Under the pieces are notes generated by a model. The model ran no database searches. It saw only the letters and a list, made by a program, of their open reading frames with translations, and was not told the origin of the DNA. The position numbers were made by a program, and so were the translations under genes. A DNA stretch of 64,000 bases from Fidelibacterota bacterium. GTDB taxonomy: Bacteria > Fidelibacterota > UBA2242 > JAFGTP01. The DNA lies in NCBI GenBank assembly GCA_016934035.1, contig JAFGTP010000009.1:1459-65458 (forward strand), in the 5' to 3' direction. Each line of letters starts with the position of its first letter. Position 1 is the first letter of the stretch. Positions 40,389 to 51,341 of the stretch are shown one piece after another.

Positions 40389-40979
40389 ATGAGTGAACAA
40401 AAATATTTTGTCCATGAAAGCAGTTATATAGATGAAAATGTTACAATTGGCGAAGGCACAAAAATTTGGCATTTTTCCCATATTCAATCCGGCTCAGTCA
40501 TTGGTGAAAAATGTGTTTTCGGACAAAATGTGAATGTCGGTAATAATGTCCGAATTGGTAACTTTGTAAAAGTGCAAAACAATGTTTCCATCTATGAAGG
40601 TGTAGAATTGGAAGATTATGTTTTTTGTGGACCTTCGATGGTGTTTACCAATGTCTTGGATCCTCGCTGCAAATATCCTCAGGCAGGGTCCCAATTTTAC
40701 CACAAGACCATCGTCAGGGAGGGTGCTTCAATGGGTGCCAATTCTACCATTGTTTGCGGCAACACCATTGGCCGACACGCTTTTGTGGCGGCTGGCTCTG
40801 TCGTCACTCGCGATGTGCCTGATTTTGCCTTGATGGTTGGCGTGCCGGCCCGTCGTAAAGGGTGGGCTTGTGAGTGTGGTGAATTATTAGGAGAATTTGA
40901 TGGTCAGAAAAAATGCCCCCGTTGTGGTATTGAATATCAAAAAACAGAAAATGATAGAATAGAACAGGTCGATAAATGA
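40389..40979 (+). CDS. Hexapeptide-repeat N-acetyltransferase (WbpD-like)
   Basis: IGEGTKIWHFSH, VKVQNNVSIYEGV, FCGPSMVFTNV, GANSTIVCG. Confidence 0.9.
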   Translation: MSEQKYFVHESSYIDENVTIGEGTKIWHFSHIQSGSVIGEKCVFGQNVNVGNNVRIGNFVKVQNNVSIYEGVELEDYVFCGPSMVFTNVLDPRCKYPQAGSQFYHKTIVREGASMGANSTIVCGNTIGRHAFVAAGSVVTRDVPDFALMVGVPARRKGWACECGELLGEFDGQKKCPRCGIEYQKTENDRIEQVDK

Positions 40980-41929
40980 AAAATTTTGCAATCATCGGTG
41001 TCGGTGGATATATTGCACCCCGTCATCTGAAAGCCATTAAAGACACCGGAAATAATCTGGTCGCAGCTACTGATCCCTTTGACTCCGTTGGAATTTTGGA
41101 CCGGTATTTTTTTGATGTTAATTATTTTAAGGAATTTGAACGGTTTGACCGGCATATTGAAAAATTGAGACGAATGGACCAGGGACAGCAGATTGATTAT
41201 GTCTCCATCTGCTCTCCGAATTATCTTCACGATGCGCATATACGGTTTGCCTTACGGGTTGGGGCTGATGCCATTTGTGAAAAGCCCCTGGTGCTGAATC
41301 CCTGGAATATTGATGCTCTGGCAGAAATTGAAGAAGAAACCCATAAAAAAATCTATAATATCCTTCAGTTGCGGGTCCACCCGGCCATAATTGCGCTTCG
41401 GGAAAAAGTGCTTCATGCCGGGAAAAAAGAAAAATATGATGTCGATTTGACCTACATTACTTCACGGGGTAAATGGTATTTTTATTCCTGGAAAGGGTAC
41501 CCGGAAAAATCCGGCGGAGTCGCCACCAATATTGGTATTCATTTTTTTGATATGCTGACCTGGATTTTTGGTGATTTGCAAAAAGTGGAAGTCCATGTGC
41601 AAAATGACCGTAAGGCTGGCGGTTTCCTGGAACTGGAAAATGCCAATGTCCGCTGGTTCCTCTCACTGGATAAAAATGACCTTCCTGAAAATGCTGTTGA
41701 AAGCGGCAATACTACCTACAGATCAATTCTTGTAGAAGGCGAAGAAATTGAATTTTCCGGTGGATTTACTGATTTGCATACAGTCGTCTATCAGGATATC
41801 ATAAATGGAAAAGGTTTTGGAATAAAAGATGCCTATACATCAGTGAAAATTGCTCATGATATACGTCATGCCCTTCCAAAGGGAGTTGATCCGGAAAAAT
41901 CCCATCCGCTTTTGTTGACACAGAAATAA
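40976..41929 (+). CDS. Gfo/Idh/MocA oxidoreductase (WbpB-like UDP-GlcNAcA 3-dehydrogenase)
   Basis: GVGGYIAPRH, SICSPNYLHDAH, ICEKPLV, WKG..EKSGGVATNIGIHFFD, FTDLHT. Confidence 0.9.
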   Translation: MKNFAIIGVGGYIAPRHLKAIKDTGNNLVAATDPFDSVGILDRYFFDVNYFKEFERFDRHIEKLRRMDQGQQIDYVSICSPNYLHDAHIRFALRVGADAICEKPLVLNPWNIDALAEIEEETHKKIYNILQLRVHPAIIALREKVLHAGKKEKYDVDLTYITSRGKWYFYSWKGYPEKSGGVATNIGIHFFDMLTWIFGDLQKVEVHVQNDRKAGGFLELENANVRWFLSLDKNDLPENAVESGNTTYRSILVEGEEIEFSGGFTDLHTVVYQDIINGKGFGIKDAYTSVKIAHDIRHALPKGVDPEKSHPLLLTQK

Positions 41930-41938
41930 GGGACACTG

Positions 41939-42784
41939 ATGAAACAAAATTATGACCTACACACCCATACCACTGTTTCCGATGGCACCCTGACTCCGGA
42001 AGAATTGGTGCAAAAAGCATTGAATGAAGGATTTAAAGTCATCGCAATCACGGATCATGACAATATCAGCGGCATCGAAAAGGCCCGGACTGTTGCCTTG
42101 GGTACAGGACTGGAAATTGTTGCTGGTGTTGAAATCAGTGTGGAATATGGCCCCGGGACGCTGCACATGTGCGGTTATTTTCTGGATTTGAAGAATGAAC
42201 TTTTGAATGATCGGCTGGATTTTGTCCAGGAGGCCCGGCGAAACCGAAATCCCAAAATTGTGCAAAAACTTCAGGAAACCGGGTTTGAAATCACCATGGA
42301 AGAAATCGAAAAGGTCGCCGGCGGAAAACAGGTTGGCCGCCCGCATTTTGCCACCGTCATGTTTGAAAAAGGATATGTAACCAGTAAACAGGAAGCCTTT
42401 GACAAATATCTGGACAAAAATGCTCCCTGCTATGTCAATAAAGAACGTTTATCACTGGAAGAATCGGTGAAAAGTATCAGGGCAGCTGGCGGAATTCCGG
42501 TTTTGGCCCATCCGATTCAGTTAAAGTTGGCAAATGAAAAAGAATACCGAGAGATGTTTACCTATCTGAAACATAAAGGTGTCCTGGGAATTGAAGCTTA
42601 CACCAGTCGGCAGACTGATGAAGAAAATGAACTTTTTCGGCAAATGGCCGAAGAATTGGGAATGCTGATTACCGGCGGAAGTGATTTCCATGGTGCCAAT
42701 AAACCCAATGTCAACCTGGGTGTTTTTGGCAGGGACGTGAAAATCAATTTTCCCGACCTCATCATGAAAATGAAATCACTATGA
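41939..42784 (+). CDS. PHP-family phosphoesterase (YciV/TrpH-like)
   Basis: [39 protein letters not shown]. Confidence 0.9.
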   Translation: MKQNYDLHTHTTVSDGTLTPEELVQKALNEGFKVIAITDHDNISGIEKARTVALGTGLEIVAGVEISVEYGPGTLHMCGYFLDLKNELLNDRLDFVQEARRNRNPKIVQKLQETGFEITMEEIEKVAGGKQVGRPHFATVMFEKGYVTSKQEAFDKYLDKNAPCYVNKERLSLEESVKSIRAAGGIPVLAHPIQLKLANEKEYREMFTYLKHKGVLGIEAYTSRQTDEENELFRQMAEELGMLITGGSDFHGANKPNVNLGVFGRDVKINFPDLIMKMKSL

Positions 42785-43383
42785 ATGAAAATATCATCTG
42801 GCACAATACGGAAATAACCCGAAGAGATCGGGAAGAACAACAGGGCCACCAGGGCGTTGTACTTTGGCTCACCGGTTTGTCCGGAAGTGGAAAATCAACT
42901 GTCGCTACTGCTTTGCAAAAAAAATTGTTTGAAACCGGGCATCGGGTCTATATACTGGATGGAGATAACATTCGCCATGGGTTAAATGCCGATCTTGGTT
43001 TTTCCGAACAGGACAGAATGGAAAATATTCGTCGGATCGGTGAAGTGGCAAAATTATTTATGGATGCCGGTGTGATCACAATTACTGCTTTCATATCTCC
43101 GTTTCGAACAGACCGAAACAGGATTAGAGATATTTTACCTGAGGGAAAATTTATCGAAGTTCATGTTAGCGCCCCTCTGGAAGTTTGTGAATCCCGGGAC
43201 CCCAAAGGTCTTTATAAAAAAGCCCGCACAGGGGAACTATTTCAATTCACCGGAATTGATTCTCCTTATGAAGAACCAGAAAAGCCGGAGATTGTTATTG
43301 AGACCTTCAGAGTGTCCGTGGAAGAGAACGTCGCGCAGATCTATTATTATTTGGTGAAACATCATTATATAAAAACAGAATAG
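42781..43383 (+). CDS. cysC: Adenylyl-sulfate kinase
   Basis: [44 protein letters not shown]. Confidence 0.96.
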   Translation: MNENIIWHNTEITRRDREEQQGHQGVVLWLTGLSGSGKSTVATALQKKLFETGHRVYILDGDNIRHGLNADLGFSEQDRMENIRRIGEVAKLFMDAGVITITAFISPFRTDRNRIRDILPEGKFIEVHVSAPLEVCESRDPKGLYKKARTGELFQFTGIDSPYEEPEKPEIVIETFRVSVEENVAQIYYYLVKHHYIKTE

Positions 43384-43390
43384 GAAAAAT

Positions 43391-44272
43391 ATGGATCATT
43401 TACAGCAACTGGAAAACAAAAGTGTACATATTTTCAGAGAAGCCTATGCAAATTTTAAAAATTTAGGAATGCTCTGGTCTATCGGAAAGGACAGCACAGT
43501 CTTGTTGTGGTTGGCCAGAAAAGCCTTTTTTGGTCATGTTCCCTTTCCTTTGATTCACATTGACACGAGTTATAAAATTCCTGAAATGATTGAATATCGG
43601 GACCGGCTGGCTTTGGAATGGAAACTGACCATGGTGGTTGGGCAAAATAAAGAAGCCCTGGCAGCCAAACAGACATTTCCGAATGGAAATGCTGATCGGA
43701 TTACCTGTTGCCGACTGCTGAAAACCCAGGCTCTCAAAGATACACTGGCCGGAACACGGGAACGCTATGTCATGAATCTGGAAACCGGGCAATATGAGGT
43801 GGATAAAAGTTCAGAAGCCTTTACCGGGGTAATTGTCGGTGCTCGTGCTGACGAAGAAGGATCCCGTTCCAAAGAGCGTTATTTTTCTGCCCGCAGCAAA
43901 GATAATGACTGGGATGTTGCGGACCAACCGCCGGAATTTTGGAACCAGTTCAAGACTGACTTCGCACCGGGAACACATGTCAGAATTCATCCTTTGCTGG
44001 ACTGGACAGAATTGAATATCTGGGAATATATCAAACGGGAAAATATTCCAACAGTTTCACTTTATTACAATCAGGGAAATGGCAAAAGATACCGTTCGCT
44101 GGGCTGCTGGCCCTGCACTTCGCCCATTGAATCCGCATCCCGAAATGTCGATGAAATTATTCAGGAGCTAAAGACTGGAAAATTGTCCAATATCGCTGAA
44201 CGATCTGGCCGGGAACAGGACAAAGAAGATGGTGGCGGTCTGGAATCTCTTCGTCGTGACGGATATATGTAG
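43391..44272 (+). CDS. cysD: Sulfate adenylyltransferase subunit 2
   Basis: [51 protein letters not shown]. Confidence 0.93.
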   Translation: MDHLQQLENKSVHIFREAYANFKNLGMLWSIGKDSTVLLWLARKAFFGHVPFPLIHIDTSYKIPEMIEYRDRLALEWKLTMVVGQNKEALAAKQTFPNGNADRITCCRLLKTQALKDTLAGTRERYVMNLETGQYEVDKSSEAFTGVIVGARADEEGSRSKERYFSARSKDNDWDVADQPPEFWNQFKTDFAPGTHVRIHPLLDWTELNIWEYIKRENIPTVSLYYNQGNGKRYRSLGCWPCTSPIESASRNVDEIIQELKTGKLSNIAERSGREQDKEDGGGLESLRRDGYM

Positions 44273-44332
44273 ACAAGATTAGGAAATTGAGGCTGAGATT
44301 AAGATAAAAAATTTATAGTAACGAGGTTAATT

Positions 44333-46147
44333 ATGATAGATGACAGACAGCAGATGAATATCGTGATTGCAGGACATGTGGACCACGGTAAAAGTACAAT
44401 CATCGGAAGATTGCTGGCTGATACAGACTCTCTTCCCGATGGAAAACTGGAAGCGGTAAGAGAAAATTGCAGACGAAATTCCAAACCCTTTGAATATGCA
44501 TTTTTGCTGGATGCACTGAAGGATGAACAGGCCCAGGGAATTACCATTGATTCAGCCCGTGTCTTTTTCAGCACACCCCTGAGAGATTATATTATTATTG
44601 ATGCACCGGGACATATCGAATTTCTCAAAAATATGGTCACCGGAGCCTCCCGAGCAGAAGCTGCGCTTCTGGTCATCGATGCCAATGAGGGGGTGCGTGA
44701 AAATTCACGCCGGCATGGTTATATGATATCTATGTTGGGTATTAAACAAATGGCGGTGTTGGTTAACAAAATGGACCTGGTCGGCTACAGTGAAGCAATT
44801 TACAGGGCTATCGTAAGTGAATATTCAGAGTTCCTGAAAGGAATCAATGTAAAGCCCCGATGTTTTCTGCCGGTTTCCGGGTTTCAGGGTGACAGCATCT
44901 CAAAACTGACTGCTCAGATGCCCTGGTACAAAGGCAAAACGGTATTGGAGGTCCTGGATGATTTTCAAAAAGAAAAGCCCCAAAAGGACAAAGCTTTTAG
45001 AATGCCGGTACAGGGAGTCTATAAATTCACCCGTTTTGGGGATGATCGTCGTATTGTAGCTGGCACTGTTGAAACCGGTGAGTTGAGAATCGGTGATGAA
45101 GTTGTATTTCTGCCATCGGGTAAAAGAAGCCGGGTAAAAACCATCGAATCATTTAATACCGGTCCCCAATCTTTCATCGCTGCCGGAGATGCCGCCGGGT
45201 TTACACTGGATGAACAAATCTATATAACACGGGGTGAAATTGCAGTAAAAGCCAGAGAAAAAGCACCAAAAGTATCGACTCGTCTGCGTGTTAATCTTTT
45301 CTGGATGGGCAAAGACCCTTTTGTCAAAAATAAAGATTATAAATTGAAAATCGGCACCATCAATGTACCGGTGAGAATTGAAGAAATCATTAAAATTATC
45401 GATGCTTCAGACTTAAACCTGAATGTCGAAAAAGACCGCGTCGAGAGACACGATGTGGCTGAATGTCTTCTGAAAGTCAAAACCAACATTGCCTTTGATA
45501 TCGCTGAAGAAATTGAAGGGCTCAGCCGTTTTGTGATTGTGGATAATTATGAAATTCGCGGTGGTGGTATCATTCGTGAAGAGCTGGATGATGAACAGTC
45601 CTGGATCCGTGACAAAGTCTACCTGCGAAACACCAAATGGATCCGCGGCGATATCATGCCCAAACAGCGGGCCGAAAGATATAACCAGAAAGCAAAACTG
45701 ATTCTTATAACCGGACAAAAAGACGCCGCCAGAAAAGAACTGGCTAAGGCCCTGGAAAAACGTCTTTTCGAAGAAGGCAAACTGGTCTATTATCTGGGCC
45801 TCGGCAGCTTACTCTACGGTGTGGATGCCGATATAAAATCCGAGGAAATCGGTACAGAAAATGGAAACCGTACCGAACACTTCCGCCGTCTTGCCGAGGT
45901 GGCTAACATCATGCTGGATTCGGGAATGATCATGATTTTATCAGCTGCGGATATGACTCAGGAAGACCTGGAAATTATCAAAGTGGTGGTCAACAGCAAC
46001 CAAATCGACACCATCTGGCTGGGCGATGATGTCACCACAGACCTGCAGTTTGATGAAAAATTATCAGACCTTCTGTCCATTCAGGAAAACCTGGAAAAAA
46101 TCAAATCCCGGCTGCAGGAAACCGGGGTCATTTTCAGCCCCTGGTAA
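44333..46147 (+). CDS. cysN: Sulfate adenylyltransferase subunit 1 with degenerate C-terminal APS-kinase-like domain
   Basis: [27 protein letters not shown]. The C-terminal domain has [12 protein letters not shown] in place of a P-loop. Confidence 0.9.
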   Translation: MIDDRQQMNIVIAGHVDHGKSTIIGRLLADTDSLPDGKLEAVRENCRRNSKPFEYAFLLDALKDEQAQGITIDSARVFFSTPLRDYIIIDAPGHIEFLKNMVTGASRAEAALLVIDANEGVRENSRRHGYMISMLGIKQMAVLVNKMDLVGYSEAIYRAIVSEYSEFLKGINVKPRCFLPVSGFQGDSISKLTAQMPWYKGKTVLEVLDDFQKEKPQKDKAFRMPVQGVYKFTRFGDDRRIVAGTVETGELRIGDEVVFLPSGKRSRVKTIESFNTGPQSFIAAGDAAGFTLDEQIYITRGEIAVKAREKAPKVSTRLRVNLFWMGKDPFVKNKDYKLKIGTINVPVRIEEIIKIIDASDLNLNVEKDRVERHDVAECLLKVKTNIAFDIAEEIEGLSRFVIVDNYEIRGGGIIREELDDEQSWIRDKVYLRNTKWIRGDIMPKQRAERYNQKAKLILITGQKDAARKELAKALEKRLFEEGKLVYYLGLGSLLYGVDADIKSEEIGTENGNRTEHFRRLAEVANIMLDSGMIMILSAADMTQEDLEIIKVVVNSNQIDTIWLGDDVTTDLQFDEKLSDLLSIQENLEKIKSRLQETGVIFSPW

Positions 46148-46284
46148 GATAATTTAACTGGATTAGGATGGATGTTTTGTGTCTATCCTTATTTTTACCA
46201 TTATTCTAATAAGGGGTACCAGAAGAATACTTTACTAATTCGGTTTTATTTAATAGAATGAAGTATTGTATTTATGAGGTTAAT

Positions 46285-46839
46285 ATGAAAAAATTATTAT
46301 TATTACTGATTATTGGCCTGGTCACTTGTACCGAATATGAAACAGATTTGGATAAAATTAACAATTTCAATAAAAAAAATAATTATCTGAAAGCCAATAT
46401 GATCAGTCTGCATTTTATGATTGAGACTGACGATCCCGCTGATACAGATACCAGTTTTGCCAATCTGATAAAAAATTTGGATTTGCCCGTAACCGCTAAA
46501 GGATGTAAAGACGGTAAATATACTGGAACCTCTCCCCAGGATGCTTTTGATTTTTACCATCAGGTTGAACTGGAAATTAAAGATGAAAAAATCATTTCGG
46601 TTAAATATGACGAGTATAATGATGAAGGACTGAGCAAGCGGAAAAATAAAATCTATGGCAGACAGATGGCGAAAGAGGGTACTTCTCCGGAAGCGGCCTA
46701 TGATAAAATGCAGGAAATGCTGAAAGCAAAGCAATCCCTGCTGGAAGTGGATGGTGTGTCCGGCGCCACCTATTCACTTTATCGTTTTCGTTATGCAGTG
46801 GTCATTGCTCTGATCAAAGCAAAAATGGGGATCGTTTAA
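46285..46839 (+). CDS. FMN-binding domain lipoprotein
   Basis: Lipobox-like MKKLLLLLIIGLVTC; KDGKYTG, VELEIKDEKIISV, VDGVSGATYS (FMN-attachment S/TGAT motif). Confidence 0.8.
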   Translation: MKKLLLLLIIGLVTCTEYETDLDKINNFNKKNNYLKANMISLHFMIETDDPADTDTSFANLIKNLDLPVTAKGCKDGKYTGTSPQDAFDFYHQVELEIKDEKIISVKYDEYNDEGLSKRKNKIYGRQMAKEGTSPEAAYDKMQEMLKAKQSLLEVDGVSGATYSLYRFRYAVVIALIKAKMGIV

Positions 46840-48186
46840 TTGGACGAAAATTTATATCAGGAAATTCCCTCGATCGATAAATTATATCAAGATTTCTCTG
46901 GTACACGGTTGATGTCCGAAGTCCTGCTGTCAATCCTGCGGGAGGAAGTGGGCTTCATTCGCCAAAAAATTTTAAACCATGAAATTGCGACTTCGAAAGT
47001 TGGGAGACAACTTCATGAAAATATTCACAACCGAATCAATACAGAAAAATTCGGACACATAAAAAAAGTGGTCAATGGAACTGGAATTCTTCTGCATACC
47101 GGATTGGGACGGGCACCTTTTTCGATAGATTTTTTTGATGATCTCAAAGAAAAGGCCTCGGGCTATTTCAATCTGGAATTTGATCTGAATACCGGCAAGC
47201 GGGGGGAACGTCTGGACCTGGTCCGAAAGTCTCTCCGTCTCCTGTCGACCGCTGAAAATTCTGTTGTAGTCAACAATAATGCTGCTGCGCTCATTCTGAT
47301 TCTAAATACCCTGGCCAGTGGCAAAGAAGTTCTTGTTTCACGAGGGGAATTGATTGAAATTGGTGGGTCCTTCAGATTGCCCGATGTCATTGAAAAAAGT
47401 GGCGCTGTCATCAAAGAAATCGGCACAACCAACCGGACTCATTTGAAGGACTATGAAAAAGCCATTTCAGCTAACACCGGTGCGATTCTGGTGGTCCATA
47501 CCTCCAATTATAAAATTGAAGGATTCACAAAGACGCCGGAATCCGGAGATATCATCCAATTGGGCCATAAGCATCGAATTCCGGTAATTTTAGACCAGGG
47601 CAGTGGTGACTTTGACACCGGTGAAACTTATATTGTTCCATTCATCAAAAAAGGATTTGACCTGGTTTGTTTCAGTGGTGACAAATTGCTGGGAGGTCCC
47701 CAGTCCGGCATCATTTTGGGAAAAAATGAATGGATTGAAAAAGTCCACAGCAACCCCTTCTATCGTGCTTTTCGGTGTGACAAATTTACCTTGCTCGCAC
47801 TGGACTGGACCCTCAGAAAACTTATAAATGGTCAATCGAATGAGATTTATAAAAACCGGTTGCTGATCCGGTCTTTAAAAGAATTGGAATCATTAGCCAG
47901 CGAAATATTAAAAAATTTAAAACCCGAAATTATTGAATACTACGGCGTGGAAGTCACAAAAACATCAGTTGAGGCAGGAAGCGGCTCATTGCCTGGCAAA
48001 AAAATTGACAGCATGGCCCTGGTCTTTAAAAAAACAGATGCGGAAAAATTGAGAACATCTTTCAGAACTTGCAACGTTCCGGTTATCGGCTACATTTCCA
48101 ATGGTTGTTTTTACATTGATTTTAAAGCTATTGCCGAAAGTGAGGCGAAGGTTTTAAAAGAGCAGATGACCCAGGTACTGGTTTAA
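46840..48186 (+). CDS. selA: L-seryl-tRNA(Sec) selenium transferase
   Basis: NGTGILLHTGLGRAP, VNNNAAA, SRGELIEIGGSFR, EIGTTNRT, FSGDKLLGGPQSG. Confidence 0.95.
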   Translation: MDENLYQEIPSIDKLYQDFSGTRLMSEVLLSILREEVGFIRQKILNHEIATSKVGRQLHENIHNRINTEKFGHIKKVVNGTGILLHTGLGRAPFSIDFFDDLKEKASGYFNLEFDLNTGKRGERLDLVRKSLRLLSTAENSVVVNNNAAALILILNTLASGKEVLVSRGELIEIGGSFRLPDVIEKSGAVIKEIGTTNRTHLKDYEKAISANTGAILVVHTSNYKIEGFTKTPESGDIIQLGHKHRIPVILDQGSGDFDTGETYIVPFIKKGFDLVCFSGDKLLGGPQSGIILGKNEWIEKVHSNPFYRAFRCDKFTLLALDWTLRKLINGQSNEIYKNRLLIRSLKELESLASEILKNLKPEIIEYYGVEVTKTSVEAGSGSLPGKKIDSMALVFKKTDAEKLRTSFRTCNVPVIGYISNGCFYIDFKAIAESEAKVLKEQMTQVLV

Positions 48187-48797
48187 TCATAGACGCCTCT
48201 GGTCTGTTCATCCCATATATTTTTAGCCACCACAACATAAGCCGGATTGTAAAGTTTTTCAAAATAGTCTGAATGATTGGGACAGGGATAATTATTTTGT
48301 TCTATTTTTTGCAGAAATTCCAACCATTTTTTTCGATCATATCTGATTTGGCCTTTTTTGATTTTTTGTGTCAATTCATTCAAAACCTTTTCAATTTGTG
48401 TTTTATTGGGCTTTTGATAAGACAAATAGACCATTTCCGATAAAAGTAAAAGATCTCCTTGTTTGGCTTTATATTTTCTCAGGTCGACTCTTACATACTG
48501 GTTGTCGGGAGATATTTTTTCCAGCAGTTCAAAATTTTCTTCGGGATTTAGTTCTCTGAAATCATTTTTTATGGATTTATAGATATCATTGCGATTGCAA
48601 TTAGCTTCATTGAAGCCATAAGTACCTTCATTAATCAGTCGATAGATATCCATGGGCTCCAAACCCGGATATTTTTTAAGGTGTTTTTCAATGAGATGCT
48701 CCCAGGATCGGGACCGTGTGCTCTGGTTAATCCTGATGAGCAACACTGCCACAACCGGAATAAAAATAAAAATTAGGATAACATTTTTAAATTTCAC
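48183..48797 (-). CDS. Hypothetical membrane-anchored protein, paralog of 48867-49457
   Basis: N-terminal hydrophobic helix; colinear with its neighbour (YP..P.DIY.L, ISPD..Y.R..L.KYKA, QNNY..P.HSD.....Y.PAY.V). Confidence 0.75.
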   Translation of the reverse strand: MKFKNVILIFIFIPVVAVLLIRINQSTRSRSWEHLIEKHLKKYPGLEPMDIYRLINEGTYGFNEANCNRNDIYKSIKNDFRELNPEENFELLEKISPDNQYVRVDLRKYKAKQGDLLLLSEMVYLSYQKPNKTQIEKVLNELTQKIKKGQIRYDRKKWLEFLQKIEQNNYPCPNHSDYFEKLYNPAYVVVAKNIWDEQTRGVYD

Positions 48798-48866
48798 TTA
48801 TCTCTCCACTCTTGCCGTGTTGAAGTAAAGTTAAAAGTTAATAATATAAAATAAAAGTGTTCTGTG

Positions 48867-49457
48867 TTATTCTTTCCATAATTTTTTAGCAATGACCCGA
48901 TAAGCCGGGGTATAGGACCTCCGGTAAATATCCGAATGATGAGGAGTGAAATAATTGTTTTGCTTTATTTTTTTGTAATAACCCTGCCATTCCCGGGAAT
49001 CCAGTAGGATTTTTCCGGAATGAATAAGTCTGTCGATTTCTTCCAATACCAGGATCAATCGGGAAATATCTTCCGGCTGGCAGGATTCAAATAATAATCT
49101 GCCCAGTTCATCAATACTGCCATTTTGTGCTTTGTATTTTTTCAGGTTTATTCGAATATATTTTTTATCAGGTGAAATTATTTCCACCGTTGGTATTGAA
49201 GGGTCCGCTTCAATTTGCTCCATTTCTTTCCTGAGATAGTCAGTCATTTTTTGTCGGGAACTGTGAAGGTGAAAGGGCCCCAGCACACCCTGGTATACCA
49301 ATTTGTAAATATCCTGGGGTGTTGATGCAGGATATTGTTCCAGATGCCAGTTGATGACCCTTTCCCAATTGGGTTTTGGCGTGATATGGCAATGAGTTAA
49401 AAAGGAAAGGGCCCATAGGACCAGAATCCCTTTTGTAAAAAGTTTGATAATCATCAT
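48867..49457 (-). CDS. Hypothetical lipoprotein, paralog of 48183-48797
   Basis: Possible lipobox FLTHC; QDIYKLVYQGVLGPFH and HHSDIYRRSYTPAYRV. Confidence 0.75.
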   Translation of the reverse strand: MMIIKLFTKGILVLWALSFLTHCHITPKPNWERVINWHLEQYPASTPQDIYKLVYQGVLGPFHLHSSRQKMTDYLRKEMEQIEADPSIPTVEIISPDKKYIRINLKKYKAQNGSIDELGRLLFESCQPEDISRLILVLEEIDRLIHSGKILLDSREWQGYYKKIKQNNYFTPHHSDIYRRSYTPAYRVIAKKLWKE

Positions 49458-49587
49458 TAATCCTTTGTTTTTTTAGAAAATTTTAAAAGCGAAAATAATT
49501 TTTATCATCGGAAAAAAATATAAGGATAATATTGGATGAACAGAAAATTGTTTTAAGAAATTTGTTCGATTTTTTATAGATTACTCA

Positions 49588-50388
49588 ATGTTTAATTTTG
49601 ACAGGTTTTTTATGGGAGAAAAGACAACACAAAATATTAATCCAGACGAAATGGGATTTCTGGAACACCTTGAAGAATTACGCTGGCGTATCATCAAAGC
49701 TCTGATTGCCATAGTACTGTTTTCAGTGATTGCTTTTCTATTCTCTGATTTTTTTGTGGCTGCTTTAATGTTTCCGTCAAAAAATATTGAAAATATGGTG
49801 GTCCAGGTCTTAAAGGTCCAGGAAATGCTGATGCTCAAGTTCAAAATCGCTTTTATAATGGGAATCATCGCAGCCATTCCTGTTGTCGCTTATCAGTTCT
49901 GGGCTTTTGTTGCACCGGGCCTCTATCCCAGAGAAAAAAAATGGGGGCCGGCCCTGGTGATTTTTGTGACCCTGTTTTTTCTCATCGGAGCTGCTTTTGC
50001 GTATTTTGTGTTGATCCCCTTTGCCCTGGAATTTCTGGTAGCAATCGGGGCCGATGAAATCAAACGACAGTTTTCGCTGGATTATTATTCCAAATTTATC
50101 ATTCAGTTGGTATTGGCAACGGGAATTGTCTTTCAAATGCCAATCCTTTCTTTTCTTTTGGCCAAAATGGGATTGATCACAAAAAAGTTTTTGCGAAAAT
50201 ACTGGAGATTTGCCGTCGTCATTTCATTCATCCTGGCGGCATTTATTACACCTCCTGATCCCGTCAGTATGCTCATGATGGGGTTCCCTTTGATTTTACT
50301 TTATGAAATCAGCATTTATATTGCAGGAGTTGCCCAACCTAAAGAAGAGCCAGAACCTGAATGTAAGGAAAAAACCAAAGAGACATAG
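49588..50388 (+). CDS. tatC: Twin-arginine translocase subunit TatC
   Basis: FLEHLEELRWR, WAFVAPGLYPREK, FQMP, AAFITPPD, LLYEISI. Confidence 0.96.
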   Translation: MFNFDRFFMGEKTTQNINPDEMGFLEHLEELRWRIIKALIAIVLFSVIAFLFSDFFVAALMFPSKNIENMVVQVLKVQEMLMLKFKIAFIMGIIAAIPVVAYQFWAFVAPGLYPREKKWGPALVIFVTLFFLIGAAFAYFVLIPFALEFLVAIGADEIKRQFSLDYYSKFIIQLVLATGIVFQMPILSFLLAKMGLITKKFLRKYWRFAVVISFILAAFITPPDPVSMLMMGFPLILLYEISIYIAGVAQPKEEPEPECKEKTKET

Positions 50389-50393
50389 GCAAA

Positions 50394-51341
50394 ATGCTAA
50401 GCGCTTTAACAGAAAAACTGGATAGTCTGGACTTAAATAAAGTCGATTATCTTTTCCGGGAATATTATTTTGATTTTGGATTACCTTCATCAAAATTTGT
50501 CGCCTTTTTACTTAATCAGACGGGTAAAAAATTGCGGCCGTTGCTTCTGCTCTTATCAGCCCGAATTGCGGGAGACATCAATGAAAATTCCTATAAATAT
50601 GCGACTATATTTGAAGCCTTGCACACTGCAAGCCTGATCCATGACGATATAATTGATTTGGCAGAGTTGCGCCGGGGTGAAAATTCCATGAACCAGCAAT
50701 TTGGGAATAAACTGGCTGTCCTGACGGGTGATTTTATTCTGAGCCGTAGTCTTTCAATCCTGGCACAGGAACAGAACCCTGAAATTTTACGGGTCTATGC
50801 AACAGCCTCTGAGGAACTCTGTCTGGGCGAAATTCAGGAGCAACAAATTAAGAGTTCCGGAAAAATCACTCTGGATAAATATTTTGAAGTCCTTCGCTTA
50901 AAAACCGCTTCTTTGTTTTCCGCCTGCTGTGAAGCCGGCGTTCTGTCGACTCAAGGTCCTGAAAATATTCGCCAAATTCTGCGCGCTTTCGGTGAAAATC
51001 TGGGTATTGCTTTTCAAATCAAGGATGATCTTCTGGATTTTACCGGAAATGTCGGTGAGACCGGTAAGGACACCGGTAAAGACATTGCCGGCAATATCAT
51101 CACTTATCCCATATTATCGGTGGTCAACGACCTTCCCAAACACCTTCAAAAGGAATTTTCGCACTATTCTTTTTCAGAAATGAAAAAACTGATTACAGAT
51201 TATTCCGGGTTTAAAAAAACAGAAGATGAAATTTTGAAATATTCCTCCATTTGTCTGAATATTCTCGACCGGTTGGAGTCAACGGACAAAGTTGAGGTCC
51301 TGAAAAAGATTGTTAAATTAAATATTGACAGAAAATTTTAA
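50394..51341 (+). CDS. Polyprenyl diphosphate synthase
   Basis: GKKLRP, HTASLIHDDIID, AVLTGDF, KTASLF, AFQIKDDLLD. Confidence 0.92.
   Translation: MLSALTEKLDSLDLNKVDYLFREYYFDFGLPSSKFVAFLLNQTGKKLRPLLLLLSARIAGDINENSYKYATIFEALHTASLIHDDIIDLAELRRGENSMNQQFGNKLAVLTGDFILSRSLSILAQEQNPEILRVYATASEELCLGEIQEQQIKSSGKITLDKYFEVLRLKTASLFSACCEAGVLSTQGPENIRQILRAFGENLGIAFQIKDDLLDFTGNVGETGKDTGKDIAGNIITYPILSVVNDLPKHLQKEFSHYSFSEMKKLITDYSGFKKTEDEILKYSSICLNILDRLESTDKVEVLKKIVKLNIDRKF

Noticed and set aside
46840-49587. tRNA-Sec (selC) near selA
   Set aside because: No cloverleaf with a UCA anticodon found here or elsewhere in the window.
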